A DNA stretch of 64,000 nucleotides from an uncultured delta proteobacterium (GTDB lineage Bacteria > Desulfobacterota > Desulfuromonadia > Desulfuromonadales > CAWBQR01): assembly GCA_963791005.1 (NCBI GenBank), contig CAWBQR010000011.1, positions 41,182 through 105,181 on the forward strand, given 5' to 3'. Position numbers and translations under genes: made by a program. Below, piece by piece: positions 1-9,231 of this stretch (position 1 is its first letter; every line of letters starts with the position of its first letter). Under the pieces are notes generated by a model that was not told the origin of the DNA, did not search any database, and was given only the letters and a program-made list of their open reading frames with translations.

Positions 1-39
1 CCCAAAGGTCAGGCGCTAAAAACGGTTTTTGACTTTGCT

Positions 40-69
40 TTATCCGTGTTTATCCGATTTTATCCCTGT
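40..69. repeat. Right arm of GGATAA-iteron palindromic element (family E, copy E0; left arm is beyond the window start)
   Basis: Three TTATCC units about 10 bp apart ending in CCCTGT. Same arm architecture as 1767-1795, 3253-3281 and 23628-23656. Confidence 0.55.
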
Positions 70-140
70 TCGATTGCCGTTTTCTGGTTTTATTGCTGAT
101 TAATTGCTGATGGAATTGCCTGATTGACAGTGGAGGCGAG

Positions 141-1652
141 GTGGCCAAACCCTCCGGGCTTCGCACAGAGATCATCCTCAATATTGCCTTTCTCATGGCC
201 GCGGCGCTGGTTTTTTCGGGTTTCCTCCTGCTCAAGCTTACAGAGCGGGAACTGCTCGACCAGAGGCTCTCCGGCATCACTGCCATCATGGGATCCCTTT
301 CGGAAAGCCTGACCTCCGGGACACGGGGGCAGCCCCTTTCTCCCCGGGAGTTTTTGGGGCGTGCCGGGGACATGCTGAAGGCCGCTTCTCCCACTCTGCC
401 CATGGATGCCTGGGCGGTGACTGGCCCGAACCTGGGACTTTTTGCCTCCTCCGGCCCGGTATTCCAGGTCGAGACGGCGGACCTGGCCCGAGCCAGAAAT
501 TTCTCCCAACCGGTCCTGCAGGTGCATTACCCACCTTCTTTTTTCTCCCCGGCGGCGCCCGCCGATTATTCGGCTGTAGTGACGGTTCCCGTCACCTTCC
601 ACGGGCAATTCGCAGGGGCTCTTCAGGCCCGCTTCCCCCTGGCCGACCTCCGGCAGCGGATGGCAAGCGCCCAAAAGCTTATTTTCGCCTATTCTCTGGG
701 CTTCGGCATAATCCTTGTCCTGTTCGGTTTTTACCTCTTGAACCGAATCGTCGTCCGCCCCGTCAAGCGACTGACCGAAACGACCCGCAAGGTTGCCGGC
801 GGCGACCTCGAACAAACCCTCCCGGTGGAAGGTCCGAGGGAAATCGCCGCCCTGGCAGACTCCTTCAACACCATGACCGCCGCCCTCAACGAGAGCCGTC
901 TGCAAACCGAGTCCACCATCGGCTCGCTGAAAAAAACCAACGCCAAACTTCAGGCGACCCGCGACGAACTGGTGCGCAGTGAAAGGATGGCTTCGGTGGG
1001 GCATCTCGCCGCGGGCATGGCCCACGAAGTCGGCAATCCCCTCGGCGCCCTCATCGGTTACCTGGAGCTGCTCAAGGGCGAAAATCCCACCGGGGCCTCC
1101 GGGGATATCCTCCGGCGGTCGCTGGCCGAGGCGGAGCGAATCGACCGGCTGGTTCGGGACCTGCTCGATTACGCGGGGCCCGGAACGCTGGAGGAGGGGA
1201 TGCTGGACCCCGCGGAGGCGGTGTCTGCGGCCAGAGAACTCCTGGCGCAGCAGGGGGCCTTCGAGGGGTTGCAGGTTTCAGACGAGCTTCCAGCCGCGCT
1301 ACCCGAGGTTTTGCTGGTCCGCCACCGGCTGGTGCAGGTTTTGGTCAACCTGCTGCTGAACGCCCGGGACGCTTCCTCCCCGGGTGACACCATCCGGCTT
1401 TGCGGGGGGGAGAAAGAGGGATTCGTCTGGCTGGCCGTCGTCGATGCCGGCGAGGGGATGGCGCCGGAGGTCCTGGGGCATATTTTCGACCCCTTTTATA
1501 CCCGCAAGGCCCCTGGAAAGGGTCGCGGACTGGGGCTTTCGGTCTGCCACCGGGTGGTGGAGGAGGCCGGAGGGCGGATCGAGGTCGAATCGAGGCCTGC
1601 AGAAGGGAGCCGGTTCACCGTCTGGCTGCCCAAGGCGGACCAAACCTCATGA
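141..1652 (+). CDS. Sensor histidine kinase (2 TM, HAMP, HisKA, HATPase_c)
   Basis: 503-aa ORF with GTG start after GGAGG. H-box SVGHLAAGMAHEVGNPL; N/G boxes LLLNARDA and DAGEGM...GLGLSV. Confidence 0.85.
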   Translation: MAKPSGLRTEIILNIAFLMAAALVFSGFLLLKLTERELLDQRLSGITAIMGSLSESLTSGTRGQPLSPREFLGRAGDMLKAASPTLPMDAWAVTGPNLGLFASSGPVFQVETADLARARNFSQPVLQVHYPPSFFSPAAPADYSAVVTVPVTFHGQFAGALQARFPLADLRQRMASAQKLIFAYSLGFGIILVLFGFYLLNRIVVRPVKRLTETTRKVAGGDLEQTLPVEGPREIAALADSFNTMTAALNESRLQTESTIGSLKKTNAKLQATRDELVRSERMASVGHLAAGMAHEVGNPLGALIGYLELLKGENPTGASGDILRRSLAEAERIDRLVRDLLDYAGPGTLEEGMLDPAEAVSAARELLAQQGAFEGLQVSDELPAALPEVLLVRHRLVQVLVNLLLNARDASSPGDTIRLCGGEKEGFVWLAVVDAGEGMAPEVLGHIFDPFYTRKAPGKGRGLGLSVCHRVVEEAGGRIEVESRPAEGSRFTVWLPKADQTS

Positions 1653-1690
1653 AAAAAACAAACCCCAAACCTCATGAAAAAAACAAACCC
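1641..1690. repeat. Perfect 25-bp tandem duplication (x2) containing the kinase stop codon
   Basis: CAAACCTCATGAAAAAAACAAACCC occurs twice back to back. Confidence 0.9.
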
Positions 1691-1696
1691 CTTTAA

Positions 1697-1795
1697 ACAG
1701 GGATGCAGGGGATGCAGGGGATAACGGCAAAACCTAAAGCGTTCGGTTTTTTTGAATTATCCCCTGCATCCGCTTTTATCCCTGTAAATAAAATG
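1697..1795. repeat. GGATAA-iteron palindromic element E1
   Basis: Left arm ACAGGGATGCAGGGGATGCAGGGGATAA. Right arm TTATCCCCTGCATCCGCTTTTATCCCTGT is its near reverse complement. Loop is about 40 nt. Confidence 0.8.
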
Positions 1796-1827
1796 CCTGT
1801 GATTTCAGCCGGAGGATTCAACGCCCC

Positions 1828-3180
1828 ATGAAACCTGAACCGAACCGGGTCCTGGTCATCGACGACGAAGCCGCCATGCGGCACATGCTGCGCCTGGTGC
1901 TGGAAAAGGAGGGGTACCGCGTCTCCGAGGCCGGGGATGGCGCCTCCGGTCTGCGACTCCTGGAGACGGAGCCCTACGAGGTCGTTCTTTGCGATATCCG
2001 CATGCCGGAAATGGACGGAACGGCCTTTCTTGCGGAAATGGGGCGGAGGAACCTCTCAGCCACGGTCATCATGATGAGCGCTTACGGCACCATCGACACG
2101 GCTCTCGACTGCATGAAACAGGGCGCCTACGACTACATCTCCAAGCCCTTCAAGCCGGACGAGGTGGTGCTGAGCCTCAAAAAGGCCGAGGAGCGGCTTC
2201 AGCTCCGGCGGGAAAACCTCCGGCTGAAAGAGGCGTTGGCCCGTCCTGGAAAGGGGGAGATGGTTTTTCGCAGCGCCGTCATGGAGAAGGTGGTCGATCT
2301 TGTTCAGAAGGCCTCCGCTTCGTCCTCCCCCGTCCTGATTACCGGAGAGACGGGGACCGGAAAAGAACTGGTCGCCCGGGCCCTCCATGCCGGAGGCGGA
2401 AGGAACCAGGGCCCCTTCATCGCGGTCAACTGCAGCGCCATCTCCTCCGGGCTGATTGACAGCGAGTTTTTCGGCCACGGCAAAGGCGCCTTCACCGGCG
2501 CCGACCGGGAGAGGAAGGGGCTTTTCGCGGCGGCCGACGGGGGGACGCTCTTCCTGGATGAGATCGGCGAGTTGCCCCTCGACCTGCAGCCAAAACTGCT
2601 GCGTGTCCTTCAGGAGGGGGAAATCCGCAGGGTAGGGGAGACCTCTCCTCGCCGGGTCGACGTCCGGGTTCTGGCGGCCACCGCCCGGAATCTCGCGGAG
2701 GAGGTGGAAAAAGGGAGGTTCAGGGACGACCTCTTCTACCGGCTGGCGGTGGTCGAGATCGATGTTCCTCCCTTGAGGGACCGGAGGGAGGACATTTCTC
2801 TGCTGGCGAGGCACTTCATCCGGAAAATCGCAGAGCGGGAGAGGCGTCCTGCGCCGGCGGTCTCCAGCGAGGTTCTCGCGGCCCTGGAAGATTATCGCTG
2901 GCCCGGAAACATTCGGGAGCTCGAAAACTTCATGGAAAAAACGATGATTTTCTGCCGTGGGGCCGAACTCGCCCTCGGTTCCCTGCCCTGGGAGGTCCGT
3001 CGCCGGGAGCGGGAGGGGAGAGATGACCTCTCCCTCAAAAAGGCCTCCCTGCGCCTGGAGCAGGAATTCATCCGAAAGGCCCTCGCAGCCACGGGCGGCA
3101 ACCGGACCCAGGCTGCACGGCTTCTGGAGATCAGCCTGCGGGCGCTGATGTACAAGATGAAAGAGTACGGGATTGAGTGA
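1828..3180 (+). CDS. Sigma54-dependent response regulator (REC + AAA+ EBP + Fis-type HTH)
   Basis: 450 aa. Contains DIRMPEMDG, GETGTGKE, GAFTGA and ESEFFGH-like motifs, and C-terminal NRTQAARLLEISLRALMYKMKEYGI. Confidence 0.9.
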   Translation: MKPEPNRVLVIDDEAAMRHMLRLVLEKEGYRVSEAGDGASGLRLLETEPYEVVLCDIRMPEMDGTAFLAEMGRRNLSATVIMMSAYGTIDTALDCMKQGAYDYISKPFKPDEVVLSLKKAEERLQLRRENLRLKEALARPGKGEMVFRSAVMEKVVDLVQKASASSSPVLITGETGTGKELVARALHAGGGRNQGPFIAVNCSAISSGLIDSEFFGHGKGAFTGADRERKGLFAAADGGTLFLDEIGELPLDLQPKLLRVLQEGEIRRVGETSPRRVDVRVLAATARNLAEEVEKGRFRDDLFYRLAVVEIDVPPLRDRREDISLLARHFIRKIAERERRPAPAVSSEVLAALEDYRWPGNIRELENFMEKTMIFCRGAELALGSLPWEVRRREREGRDDLSLKKASLRLEQEFIRKALAATGGNRTQAARLLEISLRALMYKMKEYGIE

Positions 3181-3208
3181 GCTTATAAAAATCAGCAAGA
3201 CATTCTAA

Positions 3209-3281
3209 ACAGGGATAAAGGGGATAAAGGGGATAAAACCTGGAATTTCAACCTATCCCCTGCATCCGCATTTATCCCTGT
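3209..3281. repeat. GGATAA-iteron palindromic element E2
   Basis: ACAGGGATAAAGGGGATAAAGGGGATAAA ... CTATCCCCTGCATCCGCATTTATCCCTGT. Confidence 0.8.
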
Positions 3282-3408
3282 AGATGGATTTGGCACTTGA
3301 AAAAGTTGCAGGGCAAGCGTGCAAAATTTGCATGTCTGTTCCGCGTTTTGGCCTTGCGTGGAGATGACAATCCCCCGTATCCCGGCGTTTTGCAGCCGTT
3401 GGCTTGAT

Positions 3409-3424
3409 TGGTATGCAACTTGCT
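3409..3424 (+). promoter_or_regulatory. Candidate sigma54 (-24/-12) promoter of the minor-pilin operon
   Basis: TGGTATGCAACTTGCT has the same GG-to-GC spacing as the TGGCAC-N5-TTGCW consensus. It lies about 46 bp upstream of the pilV-like ATG. Confidence 0.5.
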
Positions 3425-3469
3425 GATTTGAAAGCCTGCAGGAAGAAAAATTTTTTGGAGACAGAGCCA

Positions 3470-3874
3470 ATGCCTGAAATCCCAAGATCCCAGAAGGGTG
3501 TCACGCTCATCGAGCTTCTGATCGCCATCACGGTGCTCTCCGTGGGGCTTCTCAGTATTGCCGGGATGCAGGTCACGGCTCTTCACGCCAACTCCAGGGC
3601 CTACAATCTGTCGTTATCGACTTCCCTGGCCCAAGGGGTGCTCGAGGAATTTCTGGCCCGAGATTCCTCCGACTCGCTGGTAACGACCGCCACTGCTGCC
3701 GATACGGCCTGGCCTCTTCCCTCGTCGGTGACCGATTACGGGGCGACCTACACCGTCGCCACGAATACGCCGGTAAACGGCGTCTCAAAAATAACCATCA
3801 CCGTTTCCGGAAGTGGACACTACGCGATACCGAGCGTGACGCTTGTCGGATTCAAGAAGACATCGACATGGTAA
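3470..3874 (+). CDS. pilV: Type IV minor pilin, PilV-like
   Basis: Prepilin motif KG/VTLIELLIAITVL with E at +5. RBS GGAG lies upstream. First gene of the V-W-X-Y1 order. Confidence 0.75.
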   Translation: MPEIPRSQKGVTLIELLIAITVLSVGLLSIAGMQVTALHANSRAYNLSLSTSLAQGVLEEFLARDSSDSLVTTATAADTAWPLPSSVTDYGATYTVATNTPVNGVSKITITVSGSGHYAIPSVTLVGFKKTSTW

Positions 3875-4842
3875 AGAGACCTTTTGACGCCAGGGGATTC
3901 TCCCTTCTCGAACTTCTCATCGTCATGGCCATCATGGGCCTGGTCGTCATGGCCGTCTACAGCCTGTACCTGAACACCCAGAAGACGGCCAATACCTCGG
4001 AAGAAGTGGTGGATGTGCAGCAGAACCTCCGCATCGCCATGGATCGGATCTCCCGGGACATTCGGATGGCCGGGTTCCTCGTCCCCGATGGGACGGACCC
4101 GATTCAGTCGGCCCCGAACTTTCTGTGCAGGGATTTGAATGATGACGGTGACTGCGCCGATGCGGGAGAAAGCTTCACTCTGACCATGGCGACATCCACA
4201 TCCGGCGGCAAGGTCGCCCGCCTTGCCGCCGACTTTTCTTCTTCCACGAGTTCCACCACGGAGACGGTCAGCGTGGCCTCCTCCGACATGGTCGACCTGT
4301 TCAATTCCGGCAATTCCAGTGGGGATTATGTTCGGATCATTCGCCCCGCAGACGCCAGCAATCCGATGGACCGGGTCTTTCTGGTCACAAACAAGGATCG
4401 GGGCGCTCCGAGTCTGACCCTGAAATATTTCGATTCGGCGCAGAAATTCGTAAAAGGCGACCTCATCGTCTGGGTCGGGAACGTCACTTCCGATACGAAC
4501 ACCGACCCGAACGATAACGCCGCCGACTACCCAGCCACCACCGATCTCACCTATTCTCTGGTCGACGACCCCGACAGCGCCGATCCGGCCATGAAAATTT
4601 TGGAAAGAAATTTCTCGGGAAGCGACCAGCCCGTTGCCGGGAAGATTACCGATGTGCAGTTCAGCTACATTCTCGACAGCGGCACGGAAGTAACGGCCCC
4701 CACGGCCACTCAAAGGGCCACCATCCGGGCCGTCCGGGTCACCATCACCGGGGCGCTCGATGCGACAAAGGTCGGGACACCTTCAGACTCCGGGGTGAAA
4801 ACGAGGCGTCTGGAGACGGTGGTCGTATTGAGGAATGAATAA
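3868..4842 (+). CDS. pilW: Type IV minor pilin, PilW-like
   Basis: Contains RG/FSLLELLIVMAIMGLVV. 324 aa. Overlaps the pilV-like stop. Confidence 0.75.
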   Translation: MVKRPFDARGFSLLELLIVMAIMGLVVMAVYSLYLNTQKTANTSEEVVDVQQNLRIAMDRISRDIRMAGFLVPDGTDPIQSAPNFLCRDLNDDGDCADAGESFTLTMATSTSGGKVARLAADFSSSTSSTTETVSVASSDMVDLFNSGNSSGDYVRIIRPADASNPMDRVFLVTNKDRGAPSLTLKYFDSAQKFVKGDLIVWVGNVTSDTNTDPNDNAADYPATTDLTYSLVDDPDSADPAMKILERNFSGSDQPVAGKITDVQFSYILDSGTEVTAPTATQRATIRAVRVTITGALDATKVGTPSDSGVKTRRLETVVVLRNE

Positions 4843-4847
4843 GGGGT

Positions 4848-4978
4848 GATGGCGTCTCAAAAAGTCCGCCCTACGGCGTTCTCGACCTACCTGATGTAGG
4901 CCTTCGCCCCTGAAAAACCACCAGGCCTTGTAGGACGAAATTTTTGCTTAGCCATCCAACGAGTTTTTGCGAAAGCAT
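4848..4978 (+). repeat. MITE-like repeat, copy C (ends shared with 11423-11575 and 56139-56292; interior differs)
   Basis: Starts GATGGCGTCTCAAAAA and ends TTTTTGCTTAGCCATCC...TTTGCGAAAGCAT. Fills the pilW-pilX spacer. Confidence 0.65.
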
Positions 4979-4989
4979 CAGGGGTGATT

Positions 4990-5586
4990 ATGAAAATATT
5001 TTCCAGGAGAAGTCTGGACGGGGGCACCCTGCCGGAAAGAAAAGGGGGGAGGAAATTTTTTTGGGACAGATTCGTCGTCCCGGGGCGGTTACGCAACGAC
5101 AAAGGGTTTGCCCTGATCCTGGCCGTATCCATGCTGGCCATTCTCAGCATACTCGGCGCCATGGTGCTCTCCTCTTCCAATTCCGACCTCGGTATTTCGA
5201 GCAACTTCCGGACCTCCCAGGATGCCTTTTACGCCGCCGACAGGGCCGTGGAGTACGCCATGGGCAATTCGGATATCCTTTACAACGCCAGCAGCGACCC
5301 CATAGACCTGAACAGCGGCACCATGGCCGGCGATCTCACTGTGGGGCGCACTAAACTCTGGGGTTCCGACAACGAAGTTTTGAACCTCGGCCCGGGGGAG
5401 CTCCCTGCGAAGCTTCAGGCCAAATTCGGAAACGAATTCGGCGCCAATTACTATGTGATAAGTGTTACGGGGGCCAAAGTCGACTCCGGCGGCAAGGCGG
5501 TCGCGAAGGCCCGGATCGAGACCCAGCGGGTTCGGCTTTTCCCCAAGGAAGACGATTCGATTTTCCGGACCACCTCAGGGGGGTGA
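4990..5586 (+). CDS. pilX: PilX-like minor pilin (PilX_N-type hydrophobic N-terminus)
   Basis: Contains KGFALILAVSMLAILSILGAMVL...SQDAFYAADRAVEYA. Positioned between pilW and pilY1. Confidence 0.7.
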   Translation: MKIFSRRSLDGGTLPERKGGRKFFWDRFVVPGRLRNDKGFALILAVSMLAILSILGAMVLSSSNSDLGISSNFRTSQDAFYAADRAVEYAMGNSDILYNASSDPIDLNSGTMAGDLTVGRTKLWGSDNEVLNLGPGELPAKLQAKFGNEFGANYYVISVTGAKVDSGGKAVAKARIETQRVRLFPKEDDSIFRTTSGG

Positions 5587-5587
5587 T

Positions 5588-8500
5588 ATGAAACGACATT
5601 TTCCGATTTTTTCTCTCGTCTTACTGGCCTTCACCCTTTTGGGACTTCCCTTTTCCGCTTCGGCCGAACCCGATCGGTTTATCGGGGATACGGCGATTTA
5701 CAGCAGCAGCACCGAGTACCTGCGGCCCAATGTCCTGTTTCATCATCGATAATAGCAACTCTGGCGGCCAACTCAGCGTCCGGCGTTAAATATGACCCGA
5801 GGTGTAAGAAGATGGCGGTCCGCGGACGGGATAAATGGGGAGTCTACCAAGGCGACCAACATGGAGAATTTGGAAATAATAGCAAAGAATTTGAAAATTC
5901 CATCCAACGCGCTTCGATGGGAATCTCCTGCACGAGCAACGACTAACCTCATCAAGAAGACGCTCCTCTCCGCTGGAACGTATGCCGGCCGAGGCACGTC
6001 GGATTACCCCAGTTTGACAAACCATGGCGGGTGTGACGAAAACCTGCACACGCTTACACCTATGCCCTTGGAAATTACCTCAACTACACGCAGACAGAGC
6101 CGCGAGACGGCACCTCAGATAGCGAATCAAAAGTCGATTTATGATGCCGTGTCTACCGTCGTTGCCGGATCGCAGATATGCCGTCAATTTCGGGGCGATG
6201 GTCGATGATAACAGCCAAAACGGAGGGCGGGAACGTTATCCGCCCGGTTCAAGACCTTTCCGTCAGACACTGCTTCAGTGAATTTTTGAATGGGCTCCCT
6301 GGCAGCCCCAGTCCCTCGGCAGCACTGCTTCTGAGCGACCAGAACTCTCGGCCCCAGGCTTCGGCGCTCTTCGATGCCGGCCAATATTTCAGGGGAACTT
6401 CGGGATACACCTCTCCGATCACTGAGAGCTGCGTACAAGAATTTCGTCATCCTCATCACCAACGGCATGTCGAACAAGGACTCTGACCACTCGATGGTGG
6501 ATACGGTCGGGGACTTTGACGGCGACGGTGCGGAAGCCTATGGGTACGGTACCGGCGGAACCCATTACCTCGACGACGTCGCCAAGTACCTCTACGAGAC
6601 CGACAACAGTTCGAGCTCTGACGGAGTCCAGAGAATCCAGACGGACACGATCCTCGCGTTCCAATCAAGCGATCCGCTCGTCGAGAGAGCGGCAAACGCC
6701 GAGCATGGGCGAGGGAAATACTACAACGTCTATAATGCGAATGAACTCTCCGCAGCCCTGACCTAGCTTCTGGCCAACATCGTCCTCGAAGCCAACACCG
6801 CCTTTGTCGCTCCCGTGGTCCCCTCCAGCCCGGAAAACCGGACCGAGAGCGGCCAGAGGGTTTATCTCGGTTTCTTCAAGCCGATTACTCAGAAACCATG
6901 GTATGGGAACCTCAAGAAATACGGCATCGGGTCCAGACAACTCAATCGTCGACGTGAACGGGATTGCGACAACCAACGCCGACGGAACCTTTAACTTCGG
7001 TGCTCAATCCTACTGGAGTTCGGGCGCCGACGGGGGGGAGGTTGAAAGCGGCGGACCGGGGAAAAACTGCTGGGGCAGAGCTCGAGAAACATCTATACTT
7101 ATCTGGGCGCCTCCAGCAATCTTACCGACTCCACCAACGCCTTTACCACCGGCAATACCGACCATCTGACTACCACCGTCCTGGGTCTGGACAGCGAGAG
7201 CGACCCCTCGGGGGAGAGAACCAAACTCATCAATTTCATCCATGGGCTCGACGCCTACGACTACGACGGGGACGGGGACACGGACGAAAAGCGGGACTGG
7301 ATTCTGGGCGACATCCTCCACTCCAAGCCCCTGGTTCTGAACTACAAGAGTTATGACTTCACCACCCAACATGAAAACGACCCAGACTATAACAAAACCT
7401 ATATTTTCGTCGGTTCCAACGACGGTATGCTCCATGCCTTCAAGGATATCGACGGGTCGGAGGCCTGGGCCTTTGTGCCTCCCGACCTGCTGGGAAACCT
7501 CAAGTATCTGCGCGACACCTCCCACTGCTACTTCGTCGACTCTTCTCCCGTGGTGTATGTCCATGATGCCAACAATGACGGAAATATCGTCTCGGGGGAC
7601 GGTGATTACGCCATCCTCATGTTCGGGACCCGTCGGGGAGGGGGGCAAAATCACCTGACCAATACCGGGTATACATCCGCCACTACTCGATACCCGGGGC
7701 GCCTATTATTTCCTGGATGTCACCGACCCGACAGATCCCAAATATCTGGGGAAGATTGACAGCAACACCGTCGACGGTCGGGGAACAAGCTCTATCCCGA
7801 GTTGGGGGAGACCTGGAGCGTGCCGCGGCTGGCAAAGGTCAAGGTCGGTTCGCCGGCATAGGAAAAAGTGGTTGCCTTTATCGGGGCCGGCTACGACAAC
7901 AACGAAGACCTCCGCTTCGGCAATACCCAAACCTTCCCATACGGGACGGACGATTCGACCGATATCTCCAAGGCCTCCCAGGGAGTTCAACACTGGAAAA
8001 AGCTCCGATGGGGACATCCCGCACCACGCCCGGGGCCGGGGGATTGTATGCTGTTGAAATCGCCACTCTGAACAAGGTCGGCTCTGACTATACTCCGAAT
8101 TTCGCCAACATCGGCCACAAGGTGTGGGGATATACCCGCGACCGACAATTGGTCTGGATGACCTATTCGATTCCCTCCGACGTCACCACCATGGACCGGA
8201 ACCACGACGGCTTTACCGACCGGCTGTACGTGGGCGATACGGGCGGCCGAATGTGGCGTTTCGACGTGGGAAGCGCCTCGACAACCGATTGGACCTCCAG
8301 TGCCAAGATTGTATTCTGTGCCAATCCCGGGACTGCCGACGTTACCGGCGTAAACTCCAACGGCCGAAAAATCTTCTACCGCCCCGCGGTGACCTCTCTC
8401 GATGCCAATACGACCGCCCTTTATTTCGGCACCGGCGATCGGCCCCACCCGCAGAATTACCTCAACCCCGGCACCACCGACGGGGCGGTGGTTGACCGGA

Positions 8501-9181
8501 TCTACATGGTCGAGGACAGGGACAACGACCAGAACTCCTCTCCACCGTCCTTCATCACGGAGAGCAACCTGGTCGACGTGACTGACGACTATCTCCAGCA
8601 GGATCCTACCCAAGCCAACTTCGAGACCAAAAGCCAAAATTTACTGGACCAGCTTTATCATTATGATGACAATTGGAGTAAATACGGCTGGTACATCAAA
8701 CTCAATGCCGGCGGCCATGACGGCGAAAAGGTTCTGGCCTCTCCGTCCGTCTTCAATGGAGCGGCCTTTTTTACTACCTATTCACCGAATGCAACGACTT
8801 CGATCGATCCCTGCCATCCGGGCAACCTCGGAACATCACGGCTTTATGCCCTGGATTATCGGACCGGCGAAGCGGTACTCGATTCCTACACACAGAGCGG
8901 GACCGATACCTACGGAGAATCGCAGGACCCGGGAACCGACGCTCAAAGCAGTTACGATAATGGAGCCAGGTTTCTCGGTCAGACCAAGGACGGGACCTTT
9001 TATGTTCTGCGACGTGCCGACCGCGAAACGACCCTCGGGGGAGGTCTGCCTACTGGGCCGACATTCATCATCGGAAAGGACGGGAGCACCTCCGCCCTTC
9101 TGGGGAGCGGAGGGCTCCTTTCCCTCGATCGACGTCAACGGGACCGGGATGGTTTTCCCCCTCTACTGGATGCAGTGGTAG
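5588..9181 (+). pseudogene. pilY1: PilY1-like tip adhesin (signal peptide, vWA region, C-terminal beta-propeller), broken by at least 7 frameshifts
   Basis: Homologous pieces are spread over ORFs 5588-5752, 5792-6208, 6178-6486, 6374-6766, 6804-7169, 6964-7356, 7427-7759, 7717-9222 and 8663-9181. Motifs include PNVLF.IIDNS, FVILITNGMSN, LHAFKDIDGSEAWAFVP and YVGDTGGRMWRFD. Confidence 0.75.
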
Positions 9182-9231
9182 GAGGCCGATCCTTTGGAAA
9201 ACGGTTCTTCTCGACGGAGTAAAATAGGGGA

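Noticed and set aside
90-1025. Long antisense ORFs opposite well-supported genes (for example 90-1025, 2056-3198, 11498-12844, 12396-13934, 14178-15869, 17584-19011, 19356-20549, 23790-24944, 55124-56158 and 62468-63649, all on the minus strand).
   Set aside because: They lie exactly opposite genes with strong family motifs. Their translations are low-complexity, Arg/Gly/Pro-rich, and lack recognisable motifs. These are typical shadow ORFs of GC-rich DNA.
1697-1795. E elements as a replication origin / DnaA-box cluster.
   Set aside because: The units are GGATAA/TTATCC only and lack the CACA half of the DnaA box. No dnaA/dnaN or AT-rich unwinding element is adjacent, and the copies are dispersed.
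3289-3310. TGGCAC...TTGCA upstream of pilV as the sigma54 promoter.
   Set aside because: The GG-to-GC spacing is 16 nt instead of 12. The correctly spaced element at 3409-3424 was preferred.
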